A stretch of DNA of 64,000 nt from Scyliorhinus canicula (lineage: Eukaryota), in NCBI RefSeq assembly GCF_902713615.1, contig NC_052152.1, forward strand, positions 142,712,815 to 142,776,814, read 5' to 3'. The position numbers were made by a program, and so were the translations under genes. Of this stretch, positions 13,218-26,007 are shown in pieces (positions within the stretch are counted from its first letter, which is position 1; every line of letters starts with the position of its first letter). Under the pieces are notes generated by a model. That model saw only the letters and a list, made by a program, of their open reading frames with translations. It searched no databases and was not told the origin of the DNA.

Positions 13218-14159
13218 TCCTCCATATGAGATTCTAATGGAGTTTCAGTTGCTTTCCATTTCAAGCGCATTAATTCATCAAAAAGTAGATTAGGCAATGA
13301 ACAGTTAAAATATAATGAGCTACATTTTATCTCTTTCACAAGTTGGCAAGATGCTTTTTTCCCCCCATAAAGTTTCTAACAAGGACCTTTTGTTTACACC
13401 AGTGCTGGGGATGGTGTTAATTTATATCTCACTGTACCACAATACAAGTTAGCGAAACAGATTGCCAGTTCTTTTCAGGGACTGTTATGTTCACATGAGT
13501 GAGCTAAAAAAAAAGATTTACTAACCTTGCTCTAATTGCTTGGCAGTTAGTTGTCATAAAATTCAGATTCCTTCGCTCATAAGTCAGTGACCCGATAGAT
13601 TTTACAGAATGATTTTCGTTTGCACTCTAATTACTTTAGTCCCACAAGTAATCGGAGAATGTGGCATTAGTTGTCAAATCTGATATAACTGGATCATTCT
13701 TGCAGCAAAGGGCAATGAACGTGCTTATGCAAGTCCCTAATACACAACGATATTGATTAATGTATATAGTTAGCCTGGAGATCAGCAGCAGCAGGAAGTG
13801 CAACCGAGCAGTTAGCATGGTGATAGTGTTGCTGGATTAATAGTCCAGAGGCATGAACTAATGGTCTGGGCACATGGGCCACGATTCTATGGGGCAACAG
13901 TATCCCGTGTATTAGTCGACACGTCGAGGGCCAATCAGACAGCCCCAGTGGAGAGGGGGTATAGTGTGAGGCAGAGGTGAGGGATTTGATCACAAGGGCA
14001 GGAGTTGCTGTGGTTTTCGGGATTGCCCTTGGCACTGAAGGGGCCCTCCCGTGGGCCGCATTGCCCAATCAGGATGGTCCTCCCCTTCCATCCCTCACTG
14101 AACCCAAGGTGAGAACAACAGGGTAAATGTCTTCCTATCTGGGATGGTGATGGTTTCTG

Positions 14160-14615
14160 TGATGACGGGACTGTTGTATGAGGAGAGATTGAATCGGCAA
14201 AGATTATATTCACTGGAGTGCAGAAGAATGATGGGGTATCACATAGAAACGTACAAAATTTTAACAGGACTAGAGAGGGTAGATGCAGGAAGAATATTCC
14301 CAATAGTGGGGGGTGTCCACAACCAGGGGTCACAGTCTGAGGATATGGGGTAAACCTTTGAGGACTGAGAGGAGGACAAATGTCTTCACCCAGACAGTGG
14401 TGATCCTGTGGAATTCGTTACCACATAAAGCAGTTGAAGTCAAATGTTTTCAAGGAATTAGATATAGCTCTTGGGGCTAAAGGGATCAAAGGATATGGGG
14501 GCAAAGCGGGAAAAGGTTACTGAGTTAGATGATCAGCCATGGTCATATTGAATGGCGAAGCAGGCTTGAAGGGTTAGATAACCTACTGCTGCTCCTATTT
14601 TCTGTTTCTATATCT
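14160..14615 (+). mobile_element. CR1 LINE 3' fragment
   Basis: GLLYEERLN...YSLE...IETYKILTGL and a CR1 3' UTR. Confidence 0.85.
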
Positions 14616-14886
14616 CTATCTGGTGGAGGGCCCATCCACAACTTGTAAACTACAAACTGTGGCAGGAAGAGGTATTTAAGCAGCCCTTAGTTGACCACTT
14701 ATAATTGGCCTAAAGGTGAACAAGACATTTGCCACCCATCCCACTGCAGCTGAAATGGCAGCAGTAGACGGAAGGCAAAGGCATACCTACCCCATCTCCT
14801 CACACACTTCCTGGAACCCTGTAAAATCCAGGGCCTGAGTTCAAATCCCAACATAGCAGCAAACTTAACTTTATTTAAGCACTAAA

Positions 14887-15734
14887 GGGTGTGATATATC
14901 GGCTCTGTCTTGCCTCAACATGGCAGAAGTGGCCTCTTCTGGGATTTACCCAGCTCGCCACACCTCGCGAGATCTAACAGGATCTCGCAAGACATTGCAA
15001 TCTGGATTCCGCCCATTGTGGGTGGGACCAGTATTTGGCAATTCTCCATATCAGAGTGAGTATCTAGTCCCACTTAATATCTACCTGAGGCATTGGGATC
15101 TAACCCGTTCACTTTGGAGAGCTTAGGCAAGCACTGTTCAGTACTGCTCCCCACATATGGGAACCAGGTGGAACAGCATTTAGGGATGGGGGGGGGGGGG
15201 GTCTCCCAGGGGATCAAAGGCCCTTGGGGCAAGGTGACACCCGGGCACTGCAGGTGCCACCTGGGCAATGTCAGCTTGGCACCCTGTCTGTTCCACCTGG
15301 GTGCCAGCTTCGCACTGCCAATGTGGCATTGCCAGGCTGGCAGGAGCATTGCCAGGGTACCAAGCCGGCGGTGCCAGGCTGCCAATGTGCTGGTGATCGG
15401 GCCTGGGCGTGCCATGTCCCTGTGAGGTGGGGTGCAGGATCTTCTTATAGTGAGTTGGGGTTTTGGGGGTTCTGGGGGTTGCGTTGTGGGGACTGAGAGA
15501 TCAGGGCACCATTTAAAAGTTGTGTCCCAATCCTTTCCTGCACTGAGAAGTTCTGGCGAGCTGAGCTCCTCAGTGCAAGAAATGGGACTAAATGCGGCAT
15601 TGGCAGGGCATTCCCCGCGGAGGCCCCGGATTGCAGCAGAGTCCTGTTCGATGGCGTGGTGTTTCTTGGTGATGTGAGCGCTGGGAAAAAACTGGCAAAA
15701 CAGGACTCTGTTGCAATTCAGTTAGATTGCACCC
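14887..15734. mobile_element. Older Harbinger-type MITE
   Basis: Ends GGGTGTGATAT / AGATTGCACCC, TSD AAA/AAA; internal (TGCCA/TGGCA) repeats shared with 26008-26643, about 31970-32643 and 46467-47123. Confidence 0.75.
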
Positions 15735-16169
15735 AAAATCTGTAATTAAAAATCAGTCTCATTAATAATGTCCAGGAAACAACTGGATTGTCATAAAAAC
15801 CCACCTGGTTCACCAACATCCTTGCAAGGAAATCTGCTGTGCTCACACAGTCAGCCTACATCTGCTTCCAGACCAACAGCTCAAATGGTCTCACAACGCA
15901 CTCAGGGGAAACCCCATTAAACCTCACCAATCTACCTGTCACAAATGCATCTGTCCAGAGTAGGAGGAGTGACTACCACACAGTCCTCATGGAGACAAAG
16001 TCCTGTTTTCATAATTTAACAGCACAATTATTTGCAATGAGATAGCTTCATGGGAGATCTAGCAGCTCGAAACTGGGCATCCACGCGACACAGTGAACTA
16101 TTAGTGGCAACATAATCATATTTAGTCCCGATCTGTATCCTCATAGCCTGACATTTTCTTCACTCTATC

Positions 16170-16790
16170 AATACCATCAAGCTGGTTCAATGAGGAGTGC
16201 AGCCATACAAGCTACTAGCAGCTCCAGGGCTACTGAAAGGTGAGGTACCAAACTGGTTAAGCTATAACACAGGATCACACAGCAAAAGCAACATTATATA
16301 GACAGAGTTTAGTGGTCCCATAACCAATGGATCACATCAAAATTGAGTAGTCATCTCACATGATTGGTGGCAGATAATTAAACAACCAGCTGTAGAAGGA
16401 GATTTAAAAACATTCTCATTCTCAATGATTGGGGCGGCACGGCACATCAGTAGAGCAAGCAAGGCCTCTTTTTAAACAATTAAATTAACTCCACATGATA
16501 TCAAGAAACAACTGAAGGTGCTGAATATGGCAATGGTTATAGGCTCTGACAATATCACAGCTGTTGTAATAAGGACTTGTGCTCCAGATCTAGACAACTT
16601 GTTCCAGTCCAGTTACAATGATGGCACCTGACTGTCAATGTGGAATATTGTCCAAGTCATGTCCTGTCCACAAAAAGCAAGATAAATCCAGTCAATTAGT
16701 GTTACAATCAGCATGTTCTCAATCAGAAGGTATCGTCAACAGTGCTATCACGTGGGACTGACTCAGTCACCATCTCCTCACTGATGCACA
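16170..16790 (+). mobile_element. Highly degraded LINE RT relic
   Basis: Remnants resembling KQLK...A.GSDNI...VIRTCAPDL...WNIVQV.PVHKKQDKS. Confidence 0.5.
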
Positions 16791-19204
16791 GTTTTCACTC
16801 TCTATATTGCCTGCCAACCGAAAGGTCCCTTTCATCTCCGGGAATACTAATGGCCGAAGTTTTCTGGTCGTTCCCGCCACATAATTGTCTTTCTTCCAGC
16901 AAACATATCGGGTGAGTTCGCAACCCCCCCCCCCCCCCCCCCCCCCCTTACTGCGGGGATGGTACGAACAATGGGAAAACCCGTTGCCAATGGTGCGATC
17001 TCACCCGATATATGTTTGCTGGAAGAAAGACAGAAAACCTTTAAAATGACTAATCAAGTAATATTCAGGGAAATTTAGTTAGTGCTAATGTTTTATCTTC
17101 TGAGTTTCCGCCTCTCACCATTCACTATTAATACAGAGGTTTCCCAGACAGCCTCTGCACTCTTTTTTTTATTTCTATGTATAAATGGCCTCCTTCACTT
17201 ACCCTCACCTTGCCACTCTTTTGCAGATTTTCCTCGACAATTGCTTCAGATTGCACCACCTCACTGCATATATCACTTTGCCTCACAGTGCAACATCTGA
17301 TTAACATGTTGATCTCCTCTGTACTCTTCATCGAAGGAATAAAGTAGTTTAATTCAATTTTTCAAATACACCTTCAAGTGGTCAGATCTTTTGTGATCTT
17401 TGTTGTATGTCGCTATTTATTGATACAACTATGATCAGTACTTTTCTGAGCAATCCTGCCCTGTTCCTTCTAAAAATGCCACTCATTGGTGGGCTCCCTA
17501 TCCTTTTATGAATCAGTGCATTGGGTATCTCCTAAGCTGCTGATATGATCGGCCACAGTGAATGTCTAAGCGAGTTTAGTCGGTATTCATGGCCATCTAA
17601 TTTTCTCTCAAATTCCACTTTTTGCTCTGAAGTTCTAAAATCATGGGCAGGATTTTAAATCCCCACTAGCACCAGGAACAGGAACTAAAAAGACCCTAAC
17701 AGCTAACGCGCTGGTTCCCCAGCTCCATCCCACCTCAGGACCATTCTGAGGAGGAGGGATGGCAGGAGGATGGGAGGCTGGGCAATGTGCCCACCCATAT
17801 TGGACATCCAATGCAGCTCATTAAGGGTTACTCAAGGTCAATTAAAGAAGGCTAACTAATTTTCCAGTTGGTCCCAGTTCCCACCGGCAGCAAGGGCCAG
17901 CTTATGTGTCCATAAGTGGCCTCCTAGCCACAGATAAGGGGCAGGGTGGGAAGGGAGGGAGGAAGGACAGAAGGGGTGGTGACGGAAATTGGTTGGGGGG
18001 AGGGAGCATCTCTCTAAACAAGCCTCAAGACCGTCCTGCCTGCCCAATTTGCAGCGGTCGCCTGTTGGCAAACACCATTTTTAAATTTCAGCTTCACAAA
18101 GTTGGAGAGAGGGGGCGACTATTTTGAATTTTATTTATCTGCCATCATCACCTCCTGCTCCTTTCAAGCTGAACGGTCTCAGAATGGCCCTCTAGCCTCA
18201 AGAACTGACATGTTGTCCGTAATTGGGAACCCTAGGAAAGATTACAGTGAGTGACTGTGTGGCCCACATCACACAATGGGGTTTAGAGGGCAATAGAGAA
18301 AATCCTGCCTCACGTCTGACCACGTAAACTCAGATTTTACGCTGTAGGTTCCGAACATACGAATACCTAGCCCATTCATCTGAAATTCCTCACTCTGCTA
18401 CTTTAGTATTCATCTGATAAAGATGTAACACCTCCACTAAAATAGCAGAGAAATGTTAGATGAACGTGTTGCATGCTAGTGTTCCATGGCACAGTTTCAG
18501 GATCCTGACGCAGCTCATCATTTTCTTTTCTAAACACCGGGAGTCCTTTCATTCATCTTTCCTTAAACATTGTACCGCCATTTTTAACCTTAATAGTGCA
18601 CAACACACCTGGGCCCAGTTTCTAGTTTTTCTGTAAAAGGAAATGAAAGCAATATTTCAATATATCTTTGAAGAGAGGAAGCACTGTCGTCCTGTCAATA
18701 TGTAGAGAATGCGGCTTGTTCCTTCAACAAGAGGTGAGATCTTCCGGCTGTTCATGCGGGTGCAATCTTCCAGTCCCACTGACAATACACCCCCACTGTG
18801 GACTTCCCAGTGGTGTGGGGAGGATTCAAAAGGAAATCCCATTGAACTATGGCGGGACCAGAAGATCCTGTCGCAGGCCAACAGCGGGCTGCCTCCCACC
18901 AAGAAACACATCGCGGGCAGGCTAGAGAATCTCACATTTATACATTTAAGGCATAGATATATGTAATGGACTGGACAAGAAGGTCACTTACAAGGAACCT
19001 GCAGCAAAACAAATGTCTCTTTCGAGAGAGGAGGTGGTTGGGCCCAACAATACTTTCTGTCAAAATTAAACAGCCTTTCCTTTCACACTGACTGAAATGA
19101 GTGTGGAATGAACAGAACCAAAATCTGCCCAGTTACAGTACCTGTGAATGAACTCTTATTGCGGTATTCCCATTACATCCTCGTAACAATGAAGCGTCAA
19201 AGAT

Positions 19205-20500
19205 CAAAGAACAAAGAACAAACACAATTACAGCACAGGAACAGGACCTCCGGCCCTCCAAGCCTGCACTGACCATGCTACCCATCTGAACTAAACCCCC
19301 TACCCTTCCAGAGACCATATCCCTCTATTCCCATCCTATTCATGTATTTGTCAAGACGCCCTTAAAAGTCACTATCGTATCTGCTTCTACTACCTCCCCA
19401 GGCAACGAGTTCCAGGCTACCACTATGATATGTGTAAAAAAACTTGACTCGTACATCTCTAAGTCTTGCCCCTCGCACCTTAAACCTATGCCCCCTACTA
19501 ATTGACTCTTCAACCCTGGGAAAAAGCTTCTGACTATTCACTCTGTCCATGCCCCTCATAATCTTGTAAACATCTATCTGGTCACCCCTCAACCTCCGTC
19601 ATTCCAGTGAGAACAAACCAAGTTTTTCCTACCTCTTCTCCCAGCTAATGCCCTCTATACCAGGCAACATCCTGGTAAATCTTTTCTGTACCCTCTCCAA
19701 AGCTCCACATCTTCTGGTCGTGTGGCAACCAGAATTGAACACTATATTCCAAGTGCGGCCTAACTCAGGTTCGATAAAGCTGCAACAAGACTTGCCAATT
19801 GTTGAACTCAATGCCCCGGCCGATGAAAGCATGCCGTATACCTTCTTGACTACCTTCTCCACCTGCGTTGCCCTTTCAGTGACCTGTGTGCCTGCAAACC
19901 CAGATCTCATTTAAGGGTTCTGCCATTTACTGTATATTTCCCATCTGTATTAGACCTTCCAAGATGCATTACCTTACATTTTTCCAGATTAAACTTCATC
20001 TGCCATCTCTCCACCCAAGTCTCCAACCGATCTACATCCTGCAGTATCCTCTGATGGTCCTCATGGCTATGCCCAATTCCACCAACCTTTGTGTCATCCG
20101 CAAAATTACTAATCAAACCAGTTACATTTTCCTACAAACCATTTATATATATTACAAACAGCAAATGTCCCAGCACTGGTGCCATGAGGGACCTTGTCAA
20201 AGGCCTTATTAAAGTCCATATAGACAACATCCACTGCCCTACCCTCATCAATCATCTGCTTCACTTACTCGAAAAACTCGATTAAGTTAGTGAGACATGA
20301 CCTCTCCTTCTCAAAATGATCCTGCCTCTTACTAATACGTCCATTCATTCCCAAGTAAATCCTGTCTCGAAGAATCGTCTCCGATAATTTCCCTACTACT
20401 GACGTAAGGCTCACCGGCCTGTAATTTCCTGGATTATCCTTGCTACGCTTCTTAAACAAAGGAACACCATTGGCTATTCTCCAATCCTCTGGCACCTCCC
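19205..20500 (-). mobile_element. CR1 LINE, 5'-truncated and degenerate
   Basis: PEDWRIANGVPLFKK, NYRPVSLTSVVGK, NFADDTKVGG, ERVQKRFTRMLPG; (TTCTTTG)n tail. Confidence 0.9.
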
Positions 20501-21615
20501 CTTTCCCAGCTCATCCACCCTAATGATATTGTACCAACCATCAAGCAGCAAATCCAGGTGTGGATGAAACAGAATCATGGACTGATTTACAACAACAACA
20601 AAAAATAATGCTTTGTAAGACATTAATTTGCGTTGTACGCTAAGCTACCCGAAAGTACATAAAGGTGCAATGTTGAAAATGCACTAATGGTGCTAAACAT
20701 TGAAATTGTTGAAAATCATGTATAAATAATGTCCAAACATCACCTAAAATTCCAAAATATATTGCGTGCATTATCACGTATTAAACCCATTACATTACAT
20801 TAAAGTGACAAACATTAAACGCCCCTATTTTCTTCCCCAAGAACCCAATTCACCTTCAATTTAATGTACTGGATACATTTTGTTCATCATTAATTACCGC
20901 CCCATTGGATGTGATAACTACTTCTTCATCCTTGATCATTTAATCTGCACAGTAGTGATGTGAAAGGTCTTTGTGACATTGACAATTGGCATTGAAATTC
21001 CAAACCGTTATCTTACAGTCCCATGACAGACCATGGATGGTTTACATGCCAGTCTTTCTGCCGCAATTGAAACCATGTAACAGGGTAATGCAATTTTGTG
21101 TAAATTTGCATTATTTTCTGTTGAATCCTCAAGGCTTGGATTTCTTTTGGGTGGAGCTAATAGTTTAAAAAAATCAAGCTTGTTTTCGGTATGGGTTTCT
21201 GACCCATATCATATGCATATAAAATTTCAGGTTTCTCAATCACATCAATTCAAAAACATGTTGGGCGCGATTCTCCGATGTCACGCCGGTTGGGAGAATA
21301 GCCAGCCGCGCCGTTTCTTCACGCGACGCCAGTCCGACGCGCTCCCGCTTTTCTCCCAACCGGCCAAATGTCTGTAATCGGGTTTCGCGCGCAAAAACAC
21401 GGAGAATCACCCGATGGAGCCAAAATGTCGATTCTCTGGCACCCAGATGGGCCGAAGTCCCGACGTCATGACGCCATGTCACGGCGTCGCCGTCCACACC
21501 TGCTTTTAAAAGTCGCCAGCCAGTCGTGCTGGCTGACGAGGAGCGAGGAGGTGAGCGGACCGTCCCGGAGTCTCCGCAAACTGGGGAAGGCATCCCCAAG
21601 GACGTTGCAGCCAGT

Positions 21616-21880
21616 TGGGGGGAGGGGGTGGGGGGGTGGGGGGGAGAAGTGGAAGGGGTGAGAGAGGGAGGGAGGGAGAAGTGGAAGTGGGAGGGGGGGA
21701 GATAGGGAGGGAGGTGGGGGGGGGGAGAAGTGGGAGGGGGAGAGGGAGGGAGAAGTGGAAGTGGGGGGGGGAGAGAGGGAGGGAGAAGTGGGAGGGGGGA
21801 AGAGAGAGGGAGGGAGAAGTGGGGGGGGCGGAGAGCGAGTAGTGGGGGGGAGGGGGGAGAGGGAGTGAGTGGAGAGGAGT
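21616..21880. repeat. Purine-rich G-run tandem repeat
   Basis: Repeated GGGAGGGAGAAGTGG(AAGTGG) units. Confidence 0.9.
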
Positions 21881-22187
21881 GGGTCGTCCACCCCCGGATG
21901 CAACATGTCAGCCGCCCTGCCATGGCAGGACGGTGATGAGGACACGGCCGCTGGTTGCCCTGTGGCTGATGGGCACAGCCCACTGACGCACCGGTGAGGA
22001 GGACGTGTTGTTAACTGCCCATGGGATGCAGAAAGTGACCAGGGGTTAGGCTGGCCGCGTGTCAGCAGCGCGACCAGGCCACCAGGACACACGGGTATCC
22101 CATGGCAGGCGGCTGCCGAGGTGTCAAAGAACCTCCGTCTAACATGTCGTTTCTCTGCCCCCCACCACCCTTCTGTAGGTGAGCAAA

Positions 22188-23492
22188 ATGTATTCAAACC
22201 GAACGGCTATGTTCAGCGCAGTGTTTGGGGCCGCTGCACTGCAGTTGGAGATCCAGCAGCGTCCACAGCCACATCCCACAGTGGATGGAGGGCCAGCTGC
22301 GGGAGCAGAGGGAATGGCCGCGGAGTGGCCCGTCGTCGAGCAGCATGGGGGTGAGGAGGAGGAGGAGGCATTGATGGAGCCAAGGCGCCAGAGGCGACGA
22401 GCGAGGCCTAGGGTGTACAGTGCCCGGATCTCATTCCAGACAATGCCGGACATCACCTGCAGGAGGAGACTCCGGTTGAGCAGAGAGATGGTGACACATA
22501 TCTGTCACCTCGTGGCGCACCGCGCCCCACGTGGAACGGGAGGAGGACACACGATCCCGGTTGCCGTCAAGGTGACGATGGCACTGAACTTTTATGCAAC
22601 TGGCTCCTTCCAGTCTCCGAGCGGGGACCTCTCCAGGATCTCGCAGGCATCAGTGCACAGGTGCATCCAGGATGTGACCGACGTCCTGTATGCCATCGCC
22701 GATCGCTACATCACGGGCGGTATTCTCCGCTCCCGATAAGAATCGGGATGGCCGTCGTGAAATCGGCCGAGGTTCAAGACGGCCTTGGGGCCCGCTCCCC
22801 GCACCTAATTCACCCCCACCCGGGGGGCTAGGAGTGGGCCTCCGTCTTTCCTGGCCGCGACCTCGTCGTGCTGGAAATGACGTGCAAAACAGCGCATTTG
22901 TGAGGTTATCCACGCATGCGCGGGTTGCCGGTTCCAACCCGCGCATGCGCGGATGACTTCATAGCGCAGACGGTGCGAACCGCGCATGCACGGTGGCCGT
23001 CTTTCTCCTCAGCCGCCCGGCAAGACATGGCGGTTTGATCTTGCTGGGCGGCGGAGGGGAAACAGTGCATCCGTTTTGGACGCTGGCCCGATGATCAGTG
23101 GGCACCGATCGCAAGCCTGTCCCCTCCAGAGCACAGTCGTGGTGCTCCCGTGCCAATCGGGCCCCTAGATGCCCCAAACGGGCATCTGGCGCCCGTTTCA
23201 CGAATGCAGCGACCAGGTGCGGTTGCTGGCGTATTGCTGAAGAAATCCGCCCCACTTTTCCCGAGGATCGAGCAAGTTAAGATTCACGAGCTCGTGGATT
23301 TGCCAACGTGGCCGGGATACCGATGGTGCAGGGGGCCATTGATTGTGTTCACGACCCCATGCGCCCGCCTGCAGGCAACAGGGAGGTGTTCACAAATAGG
23401 AGGGGGACATACTCCATGAATATCCAGGTGGTATGCGACCCCCACATGAAGATCATGCACGTATGCGCTAGGTTCCCTGGCAGTGTGCACGC
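22188..23492 (+). pseudogene. Harbinger transposase (HARBI1-like), MITE-interrupted and C-terminally deleted
   Basis: RPRVY...CRRRLRLSRE...IPVAVKVTMALNFYATGSFQ...ISQASVHRCI, resuming after the MITE as TFPEDRAS*DSRARGFANVAGIPMVQGAIDCVH...SMNIQVVCD...ARFPGSVH; homology then ends. Confidence 0.9.
22715..23252. mobile_element. Harbinger MITE nested in the transposase
   Basis: TIRs GGGCGGTATTCTCC / GAAGAAATCCGCCC; exact TSD CAC (22712-22714, 23253-23255). Confidence 0.9.
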
Positions 23493-23839
23493 GACGTCAC
23501 CGCTGAACACCAACACTACCACCTGCATCGGCAGTTGCGCAGACGGTCAGCACACAACTGCCACCACCACCCCCCCGCCACGCCCCTCACGCCACCCCCC
23601 CGCCAACCCCCCACCCCCCTGCCACCCCCCCCCCCCCCCCACCGCACCCCCGCTCTGCGTACACTGCTCCAGTTCTAAATCACCCTTACCACTGTGTTAG
23701 GTGGTTGATGCTCTCCGCCAGATGGTATGGCACAACATTGATGGCTGTGTCAGCGGGTGTGATCAGTGCCATGTTGAATGCTGACAGCCCACTCTGCAAT
23801 GAGATGTGAGCTCAGAATCGTTAGATTCAACATGGTCGG

Positions 23840-24415
23840 CACTTGTTTCCTGGGGCGACCCGGCCTTGATGGGCCAGGCTGCTCCGCGGGCGTTTCGGAT
23901 GACATGGTGCCACTCTGCTCTGCCCGCTGCCCACCCGATGCACCAGGGGTGGGACGGGGGGAGGCCAAGTGTTCAGGGACGTCCCGTGATGGAGTTAATG
24001 GGACGGGCCACAGAACCTCCTTCTCCCTCAGGGAGCCCAGTGGCCCCCGGGCCTCACTGTGGGACGGAGTTGTGAGCGGGGAGGTGCCCCATTGCCCCAC
24101 CGACACCTGGCGCTGCCAGTCCTGGAGGCCTGCAACCATATCGACCAGGGTCCGAACGTTCACAGAGACGGAATCCAGGGAGTGAGACATTCCCGTCAGG
24201 GACTGTGCGACCTCAACCTGTGAGTGAGCGACGCCATCCAGCGCGTGTGTCAGCTGGTTGATGCTCTCCGCGACTGACTGCTGGGATTGTGCCATGGCGT
24301 GCTGGGACTGGGCCATGACCTGCTGAGACTTGGCCCGGGCCCATAGTGCGCCAGCAATGTCATGCTGGCTCTGGCGCATTGCTGCCTGTGAGAGGGCAAC
24401 CCCCTCCAGGGCCAT
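23840..24415 (-). pseudogene. Harbinger Myb-like protein C-terminal coiled-coil/low-complexity part
   Basis: Heptad-like MAQSQ repeats, then a P/S/G-rich tail (PGPSRPGRPRK) in ORF 23750-24415. Confidence 0.6.
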
Positions 24416-24419
24416 GGAT

Positions 24420-24700
24420 GAGTGTGAGGGGAGAGAGGATGGGGGGGTCCAGTGGGCTGAGTGTGAGGGGAGAGAGGATGGGGGGTCCAGTGGGCTGAGT
24501 GTGAGGGGAGAGAGGATGGTGGGTCCAGTGGGCTGAGTGTGAGGGGAGAGAGGATGGGTGGGTCCAGTGGGCTGAGTGTGAGGGGAGAGGGGATGGGGAG
24601 TCCAGTGGGCTGAGTGTGAGGGGAGAGAGGATGGGGGGGTCCAGTGGGCTGAGTGTGAGGGGAGAGAGGATGGGGGGTCCAGTGGGCAGAGTGTGAGGGC
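24420..24700. repeat. About 38-39 bp minisatellite, about 7 copies
   Basis: Unit GAGTGTGAGGGGAGAGAGGATGGGGGGGTCCAGTGGGCT. Confidence 0.95.
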
Positions 24701-24746
24701 ACAGAGGAGGGGCTGGGGGGGGGGTTGTCATGCAGGGTTGTCTCAC

Positions 24747-24903
24747 TTGGTTCTGCACCGCCAACCTCGCATTGCGCGACCTCCCGGGTGGCAGATCCCC
24801 CAGCAAGGTCCAGTGCCCTCTGCTCAAACACGGTCAGGGGGTGCATAATGGGTGAACCCCCTCCGGTCCTGTTGTGCTCCCGGTTGCTGTGAGCAGTCTT
24901 GAC
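24747..24903 (-). CDS. Harbinger Myb/SANT-like protein, exon 2
   Basis: cag|GTC...; in frame VKTAHSNREHNRTGGGSPIMHPLTVFEQRALDL (TGGG motif typical of this family); CAA|gtgaga phase 1. Confidence 0.8.
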
Positions 24904-25183
24904 CTGTTGGGGGGGGGGGGCATAGATAGATCATCACAATTCGGCAGGTATCATCAGGGTGTTCAGATATTGGCACAGGTTGGGGGGAAAGTTGCATCTA
25001 AACCATGGCATCTCTCCAGGGGGTCGCAGCGCTCAAGAGGGTCTGTGACAACTTAGTTACCCACCCTCCACTCACTCTTGCCCCGCCTTCCTCCTCCCCC
25101 TCGTGTCCAGAGGGGAGGTGGGTGAAAAGGGACTTGGGGGAGGGGGGATTGTTGTGACCCGGGGGCACCCTCTTGGCACTTAC

Positions 25184-25420
25184 CCTGGCAGCCCTGGTGA
25201 GGTCGTGGAGCTTCTTGCGGCACTGCTCCCCAGACCGAGGGGTCTGCCCCCCAGCACTCACTGCCGTGCCCACCTTGCGCCAGGCCCGTCGCACAACGCT
25301 GGCAGGGTGGCGATGCCCTCTTCTAGGGCAGATGATGCCCCTCCGTTGCTCCACTTCATCGAGGAGGGTCTCGAGGTCAGTCTCACCGAACCTCGGGGCG
25401 GCCCTCCGTGGCTCCGTCAT
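25184..25420 (-). CDS. Harbinger Myb/SANT-like DNA-binding protein, exon 1
   Basis: MTEPRRAAPRFGETDLETLLDEVEQRR...AWRKV...RSGEQCRKKLHDL (Myb_DNA-bind_5/NAIF1-like pattern); 237 nt, AGG|gtaagt phase 0. Confidence 0.85.
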
Positions 25421-26007
25421 CTTCTCCCCCTCAGTTGTTTTCGTCGCTCGCGCCTTTTTATGACGCGGAGCGGCATCATTCTGCCATCATTCGGGCATCG
25501 CTGGCTTCTGGCGTCATCGCCCACGTGATTCCCGCGGCCCCGCTCCTAGCCCATTTCCGGGGCCTGAATCGCTCGTGAACGGGGCCATGTAGAGCCGTCG
25601 TGAAACTCGGCCGAGTTCACAACGGCCTTCCCGATGCTGCGCGGGAGCGGAGAATCACGCCCATTTTAACTCACATTTTCACACCTCCTGCAGTTAAAGG
25701 TTTATGCAGAAAATGGTACTGAGTTGTACTGCAATCGGCTTTGAGACAGTAAGATCAGTGTATCGAAAGGTAATTCGCTTTCACTGATAGGCTTAATCAA
25801 ATTATTAACAATAATATTTTATTGTACAAATTTTGTATCTGGGAACGTTATAAGAGGAAAATGTGGTCTCCATTTCAAAGTCTTTCATTTAATACCCCAT
25901 TTATTCTAAATTACTTTTGTTCTGGGATTATGTACAAATTCTTAAGGAAGGAAAATATTCTCAGCTGCCTTGAGTAGAATCCTACAGGAGGTCTGGATAG
26001 AAACTTT

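Larger units (their letters stand above)
21263..25662. mobile_element. PIF/Harbinger DNA transposon with convergent transposase and Myb/SANT genes (defective)
   Basis: TIRs GGGCGCGATTCTCCG / CGGAGAATCACGCCC, flanks GTT/ATT (3-bp TSD, 1 mismatch); both canonical Harbinger genes inside. Confidence 0.92.

Noticed and set aside
17209-18446. Albumin- or cytokine-like CC-x7-C peptide from two putative exons
   Set aside because: The intron positions do not fit those gene families as I recall them, and the acceptor is weak.
21240-22197. Long Pro-rich ORFs (247 and 243 aa)
   Set aside because: They arise from G-rich tandem repeats lacking stop codons.
24420-24700. CRISPR-like array
   Set aside because: Eukaryotic context and no unique spacers; it is a simple minisatellite.
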